NCBI RefSeq assembly: GCF_000341395.1
Contig: NC_020304.1
Coordinates: 3,240,001 to 3,272,000 of the forward strand
Direction of reading: 5' to 3'
DNA: 32,000 nt
Source: Desulfocapsa sulfexigens DSM 10523
GTDB lineage: Bacteria; Desulfobacterota; Desulfobulbia; Desulfobulbales; Desulfocapsaceae
Shown here: positions 17,186-26,641 of the stretch, one piece after another
How the letters are laid out: every line of letters starts with the position of its first letter
How positions within the stretch are numbered: position 1 is the first letter of the stretch
Notes under the pieces: generated by a model
What the model saw: the letters and a program-made list of their open reading frames with translations, nothing else
Told to the model about the DNA's origin: nothing
The model's database searches: none
Made by a program: the position numbers and the translations under genes

Positions 17186-19666
17186 TCAATCCCCTGTTTG
17201 CTGTCGGAGTAAAAGCGAAAGAGCCGTCTGGCGCTTTACCGTATCTATATTATTTATAGCCATAGCCAAAGCCTGACGCGTCCCGATAAACACCGCGAGT
17301 TTTTTTGCACGTGTAAGCCCAGTGTAAATGAGGTTACGAAAAAGCATGTTGAAGTGCTGGGAAACAAGTGGAATGATCACACAATCAAATTCACTCCCCT
17401 GTGATTTATGTATGGTAATAGCATAGGCCAACTCAAGTTCACTCAACTGATCCTTTTGATATTCCACTGTGCGCTCGTCCGAAAAAAATTTCACAAGGCA
17501 TGTCATATCTATTGAGTTTATGTGAGTTATTTGACCTATATCCCCGTTGAAAACCCCAAGATCATAATTGTTTTTACGATGTATCACTCTATCTCCAGTA
17601 CGAAAAACTCTCTGGCCGAGAATAATCTGTCCTTTTTTTTTGGTGTTTTCAGGATTCATAGCCTGCTGTATGGTCTCATTTATCTTCATGGTACCAAGAC
17701 TGCCGCGAGTCATTGGAGAAAGGACCTGAATTTCGGTGTCTGATCCAAAGTATTTGGGTATCCATTCACTATAGAGGCGAAGCAACACCTGCCCTGCCGT
17801 TAAACCATAGTAGAGCGAGGACCAGGGATGCACTTTTTTCAGAACTGCCCGTAACTCGTCAGCATTATTTTCGGCAGTCTGCAGCAGTCCGAAATCGATA
17901 TGTTCAAAGTGAGAGTTTTTCTTTTGTTCCCACTCACGTTTTCCTTCCTGATCTTTTTCAGGATGCGTATGGCAATAAAGATTTTCTTCACCATACTCTA
18001 CTTCACGCAAGTTGAAGCGAAGCTGTTTTTTTGCCATCCGTATGCTACTCAGCTGTTTCTGAGTGGCTTCGTTAGAATCAATAAAAAGGCAGTCGCACTT
18101 TTCCTGCCATAATGTTGGTTTTTTAAATGGAGACTGTATGTGTGGAATTTTTCCACTATTTATATCATGGGCAAAGGAAATAATTTTTGAATTGCGAGCC
18201 TGGCGGAAGACGGCTTTCAACTGAAAAACAGGGACAATTTCAGAGCTTAACAAATCACCAAGGACATTGCCAGGCCCAACAGAAGGTAACTGGTCGGCAT
18301 CACCAACAAGAACAAGCTGTCCGTCTTTGGGCAGGGCGGCAAAAAGAGCAGCACACAGACTGATATCAAGCATGGAGCATTCGTCCACCACAAGAACATC
18401 ACAACTAAGAGGGTTTTCACGACATTTTTTAAATGATCCGTTCTGATATTCAAGTAGCCTGTGTATGGTTCTGGCCTCAACCCCGACAACTTCTTCCATA
18501 CGTTGCGCAGCTCTTCCGGTAGGTGCGGCAAGAAGAACCACCTTCCCCATGGCAAGAAACAGTCTGACAAGTGTCTGGGTGGTAGTGGTTTTTCCACAGC
18601 CAGGCCCGCCGGTAAGAATGGAACAGCCATAGGTGACAATACCTCTTACAGCTTTTGCCTGCTCCTCACTTAAGGAGAAATCCTGTTTTTTATAATACTC
18701 AAAAAGCCATTTTTCCACATGACCACAATCGACGTTCAGGGGTCTGCAGAGGGCAGCTACATCTTCAGCACAGCTTTGTTCATCAAAATAGAGCGTTTTT
18801 GAGTAATAACAGGCAACTAATGAGCCGTCTGATAGCGGCAGTTGTCTTTTTCTCAACAGGTCGGAATTCTCCATCGACCGAAGGTAGTGCTCCATCTGGT
18901 CACTAAGATCAAGGTCAAGGAGTGTTGAGATACTCTCCTGTATTTGACCAACATGCAGATAACAATGTCCCTGTTCCCTGGATGCCGAAAGAATGTGTCT
19001 GATAGCGGCAATGATACGAACAGGAGCGTTCTGTTCAATTCCCAAAGAGAATGCTACCTTATCCGCCGAAAAAAAGCCTATGCCATAGAAATCATTTGCA
19101 AGCTGGTAGGGATTGGCGGTTACTCTTTCTATGGCCTTCTGCCCATATTTTTTAAAGATCCGCACCGCAAAGAGAGTGGAAATACCGTGTCCCTGCAGAA
19201 AAAGCATAACATCACGAATGGCCCTGTGTTCGTTCCAGGCATTGCTGATTCCCTGTAGTTTTTTCTTTGCTATACCTGGAACCAGCAGAAGATCTTCTAT
19301 GGATTCTTCGAAAACTTCTAGAGTGCTTGTCCCAAAATGGGAAACGATTCGTTTAGCAGTTTTGGGTCCTACTCCTTTAATAAGTCCGGAACCAAGGTAT
19401 TTTTCAAGAGCTGCAGCAGATGCAGGTTTACGTTCTTCTGCACTGGTTGCAGTAAACTGACGCCCAAATTTGGGATGGTTTGACCAGTACCCAGTAAATT
19501 TCATGGTAGCACCGGCAAAAACTTTCATCTGATGAACTATTACCGTGGAAATGTCAAAATCATTATAACATTTGACCCTGAGAACACTCCAACCGTTGCT
19601 TTCATTATGAAAAGTAATCCGCTCGACTATCCCCTGAATCTCCTCAGTATTTAATGAGTCACCCAT
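17186..19666 (-). CDS. recD2: ATP-dependent RecD2-like SF1B DNA helicase
   Basis: 826 aa. Helix-hairpin-helix N-terminal region (LIKGVGPKTAKRIV), Walker A TGGPGCGKTT, Walker B VLVVDECSMLD, LVGDADQLPSVGPG, and the C-terminal TIHKSQGSEF and YTGLTRAKK motifs. Confidence 0.88.
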   Translation of the reverse strand: MGDSLNTEEIQGIVERITFHNESNGWSVLRVKCYNDFDISTVIVHQMKVFAGATMKFTGYWSNHPKFGRQFTATSAEERKPASAAALEKYLGSGLIKGVGPKTAKRIVSHFGTSTLEVFEESIEDLLLVPGIAKKKLQGISNAWNEHRAIRDVMLFLQGHGISTLFAVRIFKKYGQKAIERVTANPYQLANDFYGIGFFSADKVAFSLGIEQNAPVRIIAAIRHILSASREQGHCYLHVGQIQESISTLLDLDLSDQMEHYLRSMENSDLLRKRQLPLSDGSLVACYYSKTLYFDEQSCAEDVAALCRPLNVDCGHVEKWLFEYYKKQDFSLSEEQAKAVRGIVTYGCSILTGGPGCGKTTTTQTLVRLFLAMGKVVLLAAPTGRAAQRMEEVVGVEARTIHRLLEYQNGSFKKCRENPLSCDVLVVDECSMLDISLCAALFAALPKDGQLVLVGDADQLPSVGPGNVLGDLLSSEIVPVFQLKAVFRQARNSKIISFAHDINSGKIPHIQSPFKKPTLWQEKCDCLFIDSNEATQKQLSSIRMAKKQLRFNLREVEYGEENLYCHTHPEKDQEGKREWEQKKNSHFEHIDFGLLQTAENNADELRAVLKKVHPWSSLYYGLTAGQVLLRLYSEWIPKYFGSDTEIQVLSPMTRGSLGTMKINETIQQAMNPENTKKKGQIILGQRVFRTGDRVIHRKNNYDLGVFNGDIGQITHINSIDMTCLVKFFSDERTVEYQKDQLSELELAYAITIHKSQGSEFDCVIIPLVSQHFNMLFRNLIYTGLTRAKKLAVFIGTRQALAMAINNIDTVKRQTALSLLLRQQTGD

Positions 19667-19922
19667 ACAAAATATTGATATATTACAGTTAATTTCAGAA
19701 AAACAAACTTAGTGTCAAGAATATCTGCCACACTATTACGCCAGAGAAACAAAGCAGTCCACTACCAAAGTTCTTAAGTTTTTTCTTGACTAGAAATGAT
19801 TATTATGTCAAAAAGTGTTCACTTCCAAATTAAGCCTCTCTAGAAGTCGACTGAGTGGGTGCAACTTCGAGTTTCCCAAATTCTACCTATGGGGAAAACA
19901 CACTGGAAGCAGGAGAAACATT

Positions 19923-20288
19923 ATGACATTTCTTGAAGGGTTACTCTGGCTGACTTTAAATGTGTACCATGAAGCCCGTTCAGAGCCGGAAATCGGCCAG
20001 GTGGCAGTGGCACATGTCACCCTTAACCGGGCAATCAGAAGAGACCTCAGTATTAAAAAGGTTGTTAAACAGCCCTATCAGTTCAGCTGGACCAATCAGA
20101 AAAGTTCTTATATTCCAGAAGACCCGAAGGCCTTTTTTCAGTGCATGAAGTCAGTCTACATTGCCCTGAACTCTACTGATTTCACAGCCGGTGCCACCTA
20201 CTATCATCTCGATAACATTGAACCATACTGGGCTTCAAAGTATACATTCGTGGAACAGTACGGCAATCATAAGTTTTACAAGAAATAA
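19923..20288 (+). CDS. cell wall hydrolase, SleB/CwlJ (Hydrolase_2) family
   Basis: LTLNVYHEARSEPEIGQVAVAHVTLNRA...QPYQFSWTN...ATYYH matches the Hydrolase_2 domain. ATG 19923 is preceded by AGGAG (aggagaaacattATG). The ORF-track start at 19815 is unlikely. Confidence 0.75.
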   Translation: MTFLEGLLWLTLNVYHEARSEPEIGQVAVAHVTLNRAIRRDLSIKKVVKQPYQFSWTNQKSSYIPEDPKAFFQCMKSVYIALNSTDFTAGATYYHLDNIEPYWASKYTFVEQYGNHKFYKK

Positions 20289-20320
20289 TCTAAGATTATC
20301 CCAAATAACATTAGAATAAC

Positions 20321-20354
20321 AAAAGGTGTGGTGGATTTGCCATCACACCTTTTT
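20321..20354. terminator. bidirectional hairpin terminator between convergent genes
   Basis: aaaaGGTGTGGTGG-atttg-CCATCACACCtttt forms a 10-bp stem (one G-T pair) flanked by an A-run and a T-run. It lies between the hydrolase stop (20288) and the aminotransferase stop (20371). Confidence 0.6.
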
Positions 20355-20370
20355 GTTATTACAAACCCTC

Positions 20371-21573
20371 TCAGGCAGTTGCTGCCCTTCCAAGAGCATC
20401 GCACATCTTTTTCAACTGCTCATCGCTCATTTTCACAGATACCGGGTACACCAGTGTTCTTGACATAATATCCGCTGATTGAGGAAGTAAATTGGGGTCG
20501 TAAACTACGCGACGTTTACCGCCTGGTTCTGCAAAGGGCCATCCGGATGCGGTAATTGTTGATCCTTTCATAAGGTGTTCCCAGCTTGGATAAAAATGCC
20601 AGCTGTTTTCACTGAAATTAATTGCGCCAACCCCACTTTCTTTCAGGATAGCATTTATTCTCTGACACTGCTCACTGCTCTCCATGATAAATGCAAAAAA
20701 TGTCGCCGTATCCCCTTCTTCATCGACAAGACTTCTGAATTGTACTCCAGGAATAGCAGATGCTGCCTGGCGGAGTTTGGCCTTATGGTTCTTTTGAGCA
20801 GCAATCATGGAATCAAGTTTAGCCAACTGGGCAATCCCCATAGCACCCTGCAGTTCCATCATTCGATAGTTAAATCCTACAAACCTGCGCCCTTCCCCGC
20901 CACGTCCCCCTGGATTAACCACATGATCGTGACCATGATCATGGTATTCAGACATGGTTCGCCACATTTCTTCATCATTGGTAATGATCATTCCACCTTC
21001 TCCGGTGGTCATGGTTTTCACCGAATCAAATGAAAATGTCCCGCAGTTTCCAAAGGTACCGAGATGCTGACCTTTAATTGTGCCACCTGCCGCCTGGGCA
21101 GTATCCTCAAGCACCGGAATATTATGTTTGCTGGCAATTGCAACAATTTCTTCAATACGGGCCATTGCTCCAAGCATGTGCACCGGGATGATACAGCGAG
21201 TTTTGTCATTGATCTTTGTTTTCAGATCTTCGGGGTCCATATTTAAGGTTTCATCAATTTCAGTGAAAACCGGAATAGCACCAATATCAAGAATTGCCTC
21301 CCAGGTGGCTACAAAGGTGAATCCCTGGGTAATGACCTCATCTCCAGGGCCCACTCCAAGTGCAGCAAGCGCAACCTTTAATGCAGCCGTTCCAGAAGTC
21401 ACTGCCTGAGCAAAACCTGCACCGCAGTAGCTTGCGAAATTCTTCTCAAATTCTAGGACCTTATAAACATTCTTGCGCTGTTCACCAAACTCATATCTAA
21501 AAAGGACACCAGTGTCCAGAACGTCACTGATCTGCCTTTTTTCCTCATCTCCAAAGACTTCAAAACCGGGCAT
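20371..21573 (-). CDS. DegT/DnrJ/EryC1/StrS family PLP-dependent aminotransferase
   Basis: 400 aa. AQAVTSGTAALKVALAALGVGPGDEVI, TFSFDSVKTMTTGEGGMI (PLP lysine context) and FNYRMMELQGAMGIAQL are characteristic of the family. Substrate is unknown. Confidence 0.85.
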   Translation of the reverse strand: MPGFEVFGDEEKRQISDVLDTGVLFRYEFGEQRKNVYKVLEFEKNFASYCGAGFAQAVTSGTAALKVALAALGVGPGDEVITQGFTFVATWEAILDIGAIPVFTEIDETLNMDPEDLKTKINDKTRCIIPVHMLGAMARIEEIVAIASKHNIPVLEDTAQAAGGTIKGQHLGTFGNCGTFSFDSVKTMTTGEGGMIITNDEEMWRTMSEYHDHGHDHVVNPGGRGGEGRRFVGFNYRMMELQGAMGIAQLAKLDSMIAAQKNHKAKLRQAASAIPGVQFRSLVDEEGDTATFFAFIMESSEQCQRINAILKESGVGAINFSENSWHFYPSWEHLMKGSTITASGWPFAEPGGKRRVVYDPNLLPQSADIMSRTLVYPVSVKMSDEQLKKMCDALGRAATA

Positions 21574-21592
21574 GGGATAACTCCTTTGTCAA

Positions 21593-21955
21593 TTATTTGG
21601 TGAGCATTTCTTTGATTCTATTGTTTTTATCAAGCAATGCAATAACAGGATGATAGGTTTCAAGATCCTGTGGTGAGTAGAATCCAAAGGTTACAATAAT
21701 GATCAAATCGCCAACCATCCCTTTACGGGCAGCAGCACCATTCAGACCAATAACACCAGATCCGGCTTTCCCTTCAATAGCATAGGTGTCAAAACGCTCC
21801 CCATTATTTATATTATAGACCTTTACCCGCTCGAAGGGCACTATTCCTACAGCATCGAGAAGTTCACGGTCAATGGTAAGACTACCTTCATAATTAAGAT
21901 CTGCTTCAGTAATAGTGGCCTTGTGTAACTTGGCCCTGAGCATTTGACGCTCCAT
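21593..21955 (-). CDS. panD: aspartate 1-decarboxylase (pyruvoyl-dependent)
   Basis: MLRAKLHKATITEADLNYEGSLTID contains the self-processing Gly-Ser site. The downstream NGERFDTYAI...GLNGAAAR aligns with E. coli PanD. Confidence 0.92.
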   Translation of the reverse strand: MERQMLRAKLHKATITEADLNYEGSLTIDRELLDAVGIVPFERVKVYNINNGERFDTYAIEGKAGSGVIGLNGAAARKGMVGDLIIIVTFGFYSPQDLETYHPVIALLDKNNRIKEMLTK

Positions 21956-22005
21956 AGCAACTATCCTGTAAAGTGATGGTTTTCGGAAAACCTGTTTTTA
22001 ATGTT

Positions 22006-22866
22006 TTATGATTCCATTAATAGAGAATTATCTATTAATCGTATCCGCTTATTAATCTTTACCGCCATAACCAGCAAGGACTGTTCACTCAAGTGAGTGC
22101 AAACCTGTAGTGTCGTTTTATCAACTATTTCTATATAATCAATTTCGCATTCAGGATGTTCTGTTACTATCTGACAGGCTATATCCTTAAGGTCAGCAGG
22201 TGTTATTGTTTGCCCGCTGTTGTTTTTAATGGCATTTTTAACAGCAGTAATGCTCAAAGAAAGGGAAAGTGCCGCTGGGATTTCATCTTTTTGAAGGTAC
22301 GTGTTGCGCGAACTCATGGCCAGGCCATTTTTTTCGCGAACTATTGGATGACCAATAATATCTATCGGAAAATCGAGATCTGCAACCATCCGCCGTATCA
22401 CCGCCAGTTGTTGAAAATCTTTTTCCCCAAAAACGGCAAGGTGTGGCAGTGTCAGGTTGAAAAGTTTTGCTACAACGGTGGTTACTCCGTCAAAATGCCC
22501 AGGCCTGCTTGCTCCGCAAAGGGAAGATGTTAACCCACTGACAGAAACGGTAGTGGCAAAACCCTCCGGATACATACTGCCCTTGTCCGGGGCAAAAATA
22601 ATATCAACTCCTACTTCTTCAGCCAGTCTACAGTCTCTTTTTAGGTCATAGGGATAGTTATCCAGATCCTCACCTGGCCCAAACTGCATGGGATTTATAA
22701 AAAGGCTGACTATTACGCGGTCGACGGACTGCCTGGCTCTTCGCATAAGCGAAAGATGCCCTTCATGAAACCAACCCATGGTTGGTACAAGCCCGATCAG
22801 TAACCCCTGAGATCGATATTGCTGGGCAAGTATCTGGATCTCTTCAGGACTGGTTACTACCTTCAT
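22006..22866 (-). CDS. panC: pantoate--beta-alanine ligase
   Basis: 286 aa. LVPTMGWFHEGHLSLM (HIGH-like), FGEKDFQQL and MSSRN are PanC motifs. Confidence 0.93.
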   Translation of the reverse strand: MKVVTSPEEIQILAQQYRSQGLLIGLVPTMGWFHEGHLSLMRRARQSVDRVIVSLFINPMQFGPGEDLDNYPYDLKRDCRLAEEVGVDIIFAPDKGSMYPEGFATTVSVSGLTSSLCGASRPGHFDGVTTVVAKLFNLTLPHLAVFGEKDFQQLAVIRRMVADLDFPIDIIGHPIVREKNGLAMSSRNTYLQKDEIPAALSLSLSITAVKNAIKNNSGQTITPADLKDIACQIVTEHPECEIDYIEIVDKTTLQVCTHLSEQSLLVMAVKINKRIRLIDNSLLMES

Positions 22867-23558
22867 TCCTGAGCGCTGAGACGGGTAATCTTTTGCTGAA
22901 TCATTCTGGTGAGCTGAGAGTTCTGCTCCTCACCGAGAAAGGTCCCGAGATATTCCTCATAAACCGCCAGAGCTTCCTTGTTTTTTCCTTCAGCCTCGAG
23001 TACCCGGGCCATCCCCATGAACCCCTCATCCTTATAGCCATCAATTGCTTTCAGAGCCGAATAAGATGCCGAAGCCTGACTATACAATTTGTCTGCCTCT
23101 TCGGCCTGGGCTATTGCAAAACTTAGCAGCCCATACATTGGATTTGAGGTTGAAATGTCATCACGAACCTCGGAGTAATACTGTTTGGCTTTGGAATAGG
23201 CTTTATCCTTCATGGCCATATGACCAAGTTCTACACTTGCCCACAGAGCCGAGGGTGTTCCTGAATAATTATCAACAACATGTTCAAGAGCCTTAATCCT
23301 ATCTGCGCCTTCCGCATTCATGGATAGGGAAAGATTGCTTGCACTATCTTCAAGACGTCCAGTTCGGTAACTCTGATAAAGAGATCCAACAACCACGACA
23401 ATTACTATCAAAGTGCCGCTAATTTGCAGTATTCGTTTATTATTCCTAACAAATTTCACAAAACCTGGTGGAAGATTGAGTTGATCCAGCACACCGCTCG
23501 GTTCAACATAGGCATTTTCTGCCACATGATTCTGATCAAATGCACTTCTTTCACTCAT
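22863..23558 (-). CDS. membrane-anchored tetratricopeptide-repeat protein (YfgM-like topology)
   Basis: It has a single TM segment ILQISGTLIVIVVVVGSLY followed by TPR-like helices (AYSKAKQYYSEV, YSQASASYSALKAI, EALAVYEEYL). The start was moved to ATG 23558, preceded by AGGAG. Its stop overlaps the panC start by 4 nt. Confidence 0.7.
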   Translation of the reverse strand: MSERSAFDQNHVAENAYVEPSGVLDQLNLPPGFVKFVRNNKRILQISGTLIVIVVVVGSLYQSYRTGRLEDSASNLSLSMNAEGADRIKALEHVVDNYSGTPSALWASVELGHMAMKDKAYSKAKQYYSEVRDDISTSNPMYGLLSFAIAQAEEADKLYSQASASYSALKAIDGYKDEGFMGMARVLEAEGKNKEALAVYEEYLGTFLGEEQNSQLTRMIQQKITRLSAQE

Positions 23559-23748
23559 CCTGCACTCCTGGTTTTTTACTTTACCTTTATGAGAAAAACC
23601 TATACCTCTATCTGAGATAGTGGCAGCTGTCTCCATTTTGTTTTCAAAAATAAATAGTGTAATTTACCCTATCCTGATTGCCATGTCTATTCTCAAACCG
23701 CATATATTACGGATTTTTAAAGTTCTATTCACATACAGGCTCTTTTAG

Positions 23749-25107
23749 ATGATCAATCAAGAAGCAGACCAGATGTATTCCGTCACTTCACTCACCAGAA
23801 AACTTAAAAATCTGGTTGAAATGAAGTTTCGTTTTGTTAAGGTGGAAGGGGAAATTTCGAACCTTAAACGACCATTTTCAGGGCATTTGTACTTCACCTT
23901 AAAGGATGATGGTGCCCAGCTCAAAGGTGTACTTTTTAAGGGACAATCCCGCTATCTTGAAAAACCTCTTGAAGATGGACAACAGGTCATATGCCATGGC
24001 CGCATCTCAGTTTACGAACCACGAGGTGACTACCAGCTCGTGGTAGACAGTGTTGATTTTCAAGGGAGTGGAATGCTGCAGCTCCAATTTGAAAAACTCA
24101 AAAAACAGCTGCAGGGTGAAGGACTTTTTGCTCAGGAGAGGAAACGAAGTCTTCCCAGATTCCCAAGGGAGATTGTGTTGCTCACTTCCCCTAGTGGTGC
24201 TGCCGTCCATGATTTTCTAAAAATATGGCGCAAGCGGCATTTTCCTACCACTGTGAGTATTTACCCCGTGCCTGTTCAGGGAAAAGAGGCAGCAGCAGCG
24301 ATTGTCAAAGCCCTGGACATACTCAATGTTGTCCGTCCACACACAGATATCGTGGTGCTTTGTCGTGGTGGAGGATCCCTCGAGGATCTCTGGCCCTTTA
24401 ATGAGGAAATTCTGGCAAGGGCAATTGCACAATCCACCATCCCGGTTGTATCAGCTATAGGACATGAGGTGGATTTCACAATAAGTGACTTCTGTGCCGA
24501 TCTGAGAGCGCCAACACCTACGGCTGCTGCGGAAATGATAATCCCTGACGGTATTGCACTACAGGAAACAGTTGGACGTATGCAACGGATACTCACCAGA
24601 ACTGTTTTTGGAATATTGGAAGACTATCAGTACCGGATCAATCAAAACCGTAGATTGCTTGGAGACATGGATTTTCTCTTCACCAATTATTCTCTTCGTC
24701 TTGATCACGCATCTCTTAAGCTTGTTACCCTGATAAAAAAAGTAATCAGTAACAGGAGTGTTATCTGTGACGAATTTTACGCAAAACTTCATCACAATTC
24801 ACCGGTGGCAAAGGTACAACTTCAGGAACAACATCTTCATTTTGCTGCAGCAAAACTCTCCTATCTGTTCCGGACTTTAGTTGCGGACAAAGAGGCAGCG
24901 TTAGGCCGGCAGGCATCATTGCTTGATGCGGTCAGTCCACTGGCAACGATGTCGAGAGGATATTCCATCACAAATAAAATTGATACAAAATCTGGAAAAA
25001 AAACACTTATCAGAAATAGTGGACAGCTTAAAATTGACGACAGACTGGAAATTCGGTTTCACAGAGGAAAAGTAGAGTGCGGAGTGACCCATGTAACTGA
25101 TGAATAA
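23749..25107 (+). CDS. xseA: exodeoxyribonuclease VII large subunit
   Basis: VEGEISNLKRPFSGHLYFTLKDDGAQLKGVLF, YEPRGDYQLVV, RGGGSLEDLWPFNEE and GHEVDFTISDFCADLRAPTPTAAAE align with E. coli XseA. ATG 23773 is an alternative start. Confidence 0.9.
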   Translation: MINQEADQMYSVTSLTRKLKNLVEMKFRFVKVEGEISNLKRPFSGHLYFTLKDDGAQLKGVLFKGQSRYLEKPLEDGQQVICHGRISVYEPRGDYQLVVDSVDFQGSGMLQLQFEKLKKQLQGEGLFAQERKRSLPRFPREIVLLTSPSGAAVHDFLKIWRKRHFPTTVSIYPVPVQGKEAAAAIVKALDILNVVRPHTDIVVLCRGGGSLEDLWPFNEEILARAIAQSTIPVVSAIGHEVDFTISDFCADLRAPTPTAAAEMIIPDGIALQETVGRMQRILTRTVFGILEDYQYRINQNRRLLGDMDFLFTNYSLRLDHASLKLVTLIKKVISNRSVICDEFYAKLHHNSPVAKVQLQEQHLHFAAAKLSYLFRTLVADKEAALGRQASLLDAVSPLATMSRGYSITNKIDTKSGKKTLIRNSGQLKIDDRLEIRFHRGKVECGVTHVTDE

Positions 25108-25226
25108 ATCGTAGTTGTTCCGACTCGATCTGACAGTTTAAGAGATGAGACGTGATTAAACCTGACACTCAGTAGGCACCTTTTTACAGCGTAGCCACTT
25201 TCACAGTGATATTGCCGGTGAACATA

Positions 25227-26615
25227 TTAAAAATCAAGTGGGCTCTTTGCTTCCTTTTTCGTCGTACTCTTCACCGTATGAGTGTAAATCATGGTTGTCC
25301 TTACATCCGAATGTCCCATCAGTTCCTGTATTGTTCGGATATCATAATTGGCCTGCAGAAGATGGCTGGCAAAGGAATGACGAAACGTGTGTGAAGTAAT
25401 TCTTTTGGGTATTTTTGCCTTTTTCACAGCTCTTCTCAGGGCCTTTTGCAATGATGTCTCATGGATATGATAGCGCCGGTTTTCACCATTTTTGAGGATG
25501 TGTGTTAATTCTTTGGCCGGAAAAAACCACTGCCAGATAAATTCCCTCGGAGCATTCTTATATTTTTTCTCAAGTCTGTCGGGCAGAAAGACGCCATCAT
25601 AGCCTACTTTAAGATCTGCATCATGAACACTGCCAACAAAAGTCAACTGTTCTTTGAGCCTCCCTTTCAGTTTATCCGGAATAGGCACAGTGCGATCCTT
25701 TTTACCTTTCCCGTCATGTATAGTCAATATTCCCATATCAAAATTAAAATTGTGGACCCGAAAAGAAATACATTCAGAGATTCGCAGTCCGCATCCATAC
25801 ATGAGCTCGATCATTAATTTGTAAGGATTACTCATATAAGAAAGTACTATATCGATTTCTTCCCGGGATAAAACAACAGGGATATACGGCTTGTGTTTAG
25901 CCCGAACCACACCGTCAATTTTCCCAAAGTCGGACTTGAAGACATTTCGAAACAAATAAAGCAAAGCATTGAATGCTAAATTTTGACTCGATGCAGAAAC
26001 TTTCTTTTCTGTCGCCATAAACGATAAGAACGCTTTAACATCTTCCACCTCAACGAATTTGGGATCTTTGCTTTTTACAAAAGTCTGGAATTGCCTTGTA
26101 TACCCAACATAAGATTTCAATGTCCTTAGTGAGTAATGTCTCATCCTGATCGAGCTTTCGAGCTCCGAGTATACCTGCCGCCAGTCTACTCCCTTGTGTT
26201 TTTCAGCACTTTTTTCCGTTTCAGGGAGTACCTCTTTCATTTTTCTGGTAGCGATAGCAGTCTGTTTTACGCGGTTATCTTTGGCAACCTGAGCCTCGAT
26301 ATCATAAAAATTATGACTCTTTTCTGGTGGTTTCTTTTGTTGCCCTATTACTTCTTCTGAATTTTTCATCTTCCATAGCAAATGGATGGCGTCTTCTGCT
26401 TGCTTCAACATGAACGGTTTTTGATTTTTACTTTTCAGCTTAATCAAAAAAGCAGGCAAAGAGTCTTTTTCGCTCCATTTTAAAGAATATTTCGTGCAAA
26501 AATCGAGATAATATCGTAACCATTTCAGGTAGAAAGATTGGAAGCGTTGTTCCACACCCTGATCTTTGAGAAATTTTGAGTATTGGGCTGAGAATTCTTT
26601 GGGTAGCTTGATCAT
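25227..26615 (-). CDS. intI: integron integrase (tyrosine recombinase) with ~135-aa N-terminal extension
   Basis: It aligns along its length with IntI1. RHYSLRT, LMYGCGLRISE and HDGKGKKDR match. The IntI-specific insertion FLPDRLEKKYKNAPREFIWQWFFPA...RRYHIHETSLQKALRRAV matches IntI1 [23 protein letters not shown]...RRHHMYDQTFQRAFKRAV. The C-terminal HTFRHSFASHLLQANYDIRTIQELMGHSDVRTTMIYTH carries the catalytic Tyr. Confidence 0.92.
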   Translation of the reverse strand: MIKLPKEFSAQYSKFLKDQGVEQRFQSFYLKWLRYYLDFCTKYSLKWSEKDSLPAFLIKLKSKNQKPFMLKQAEDAIHLLWKMKNSEEVIGQQKKPPEKSHNFYDIEAQVAKDNRVKQTAIATRKMKEVLPETEKSAEKHKGVDWRQVYSELESSIRMRHYSLRTLKSYVGYTRQFQTFVKSKDPKFVEVEDVKAFLSFMATEKKVSASSQNLAFNALLYLFRNVFKSDFGKIDGVVRAKHKPYIPVVLSREEIDIVLSYMSNPYKLMIELMYGCGLRISECISFRVHNFNFDMGILTIHDGKGKKDRTVPIPDKLKGRLKEQLTFVGSVHDADLKVGYDGVFLPDRLEKKYKNAPREFIWQWFFPAKELTHILKNGENRRYHIHETSLQKALRRAVKKAKIPKRITSHTFRHSFASHLLQANYDIRTIQELMGHSDVRTTMIYTHTVKSTTKKEAKSPLDF

Positions 26616-26641
26616 AAATCGACTTAGGGTGTTAACTGGAA

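Noticed and set aside
17186-19666. RecD2 appears long (826 aa), with an extra segment around residues 520-620.
   Set aside because: RecD2-family lengths vary (about 700-800+ aa) and the segment lies in a variable accessory-domain region. It is not distinctive without an alignment.
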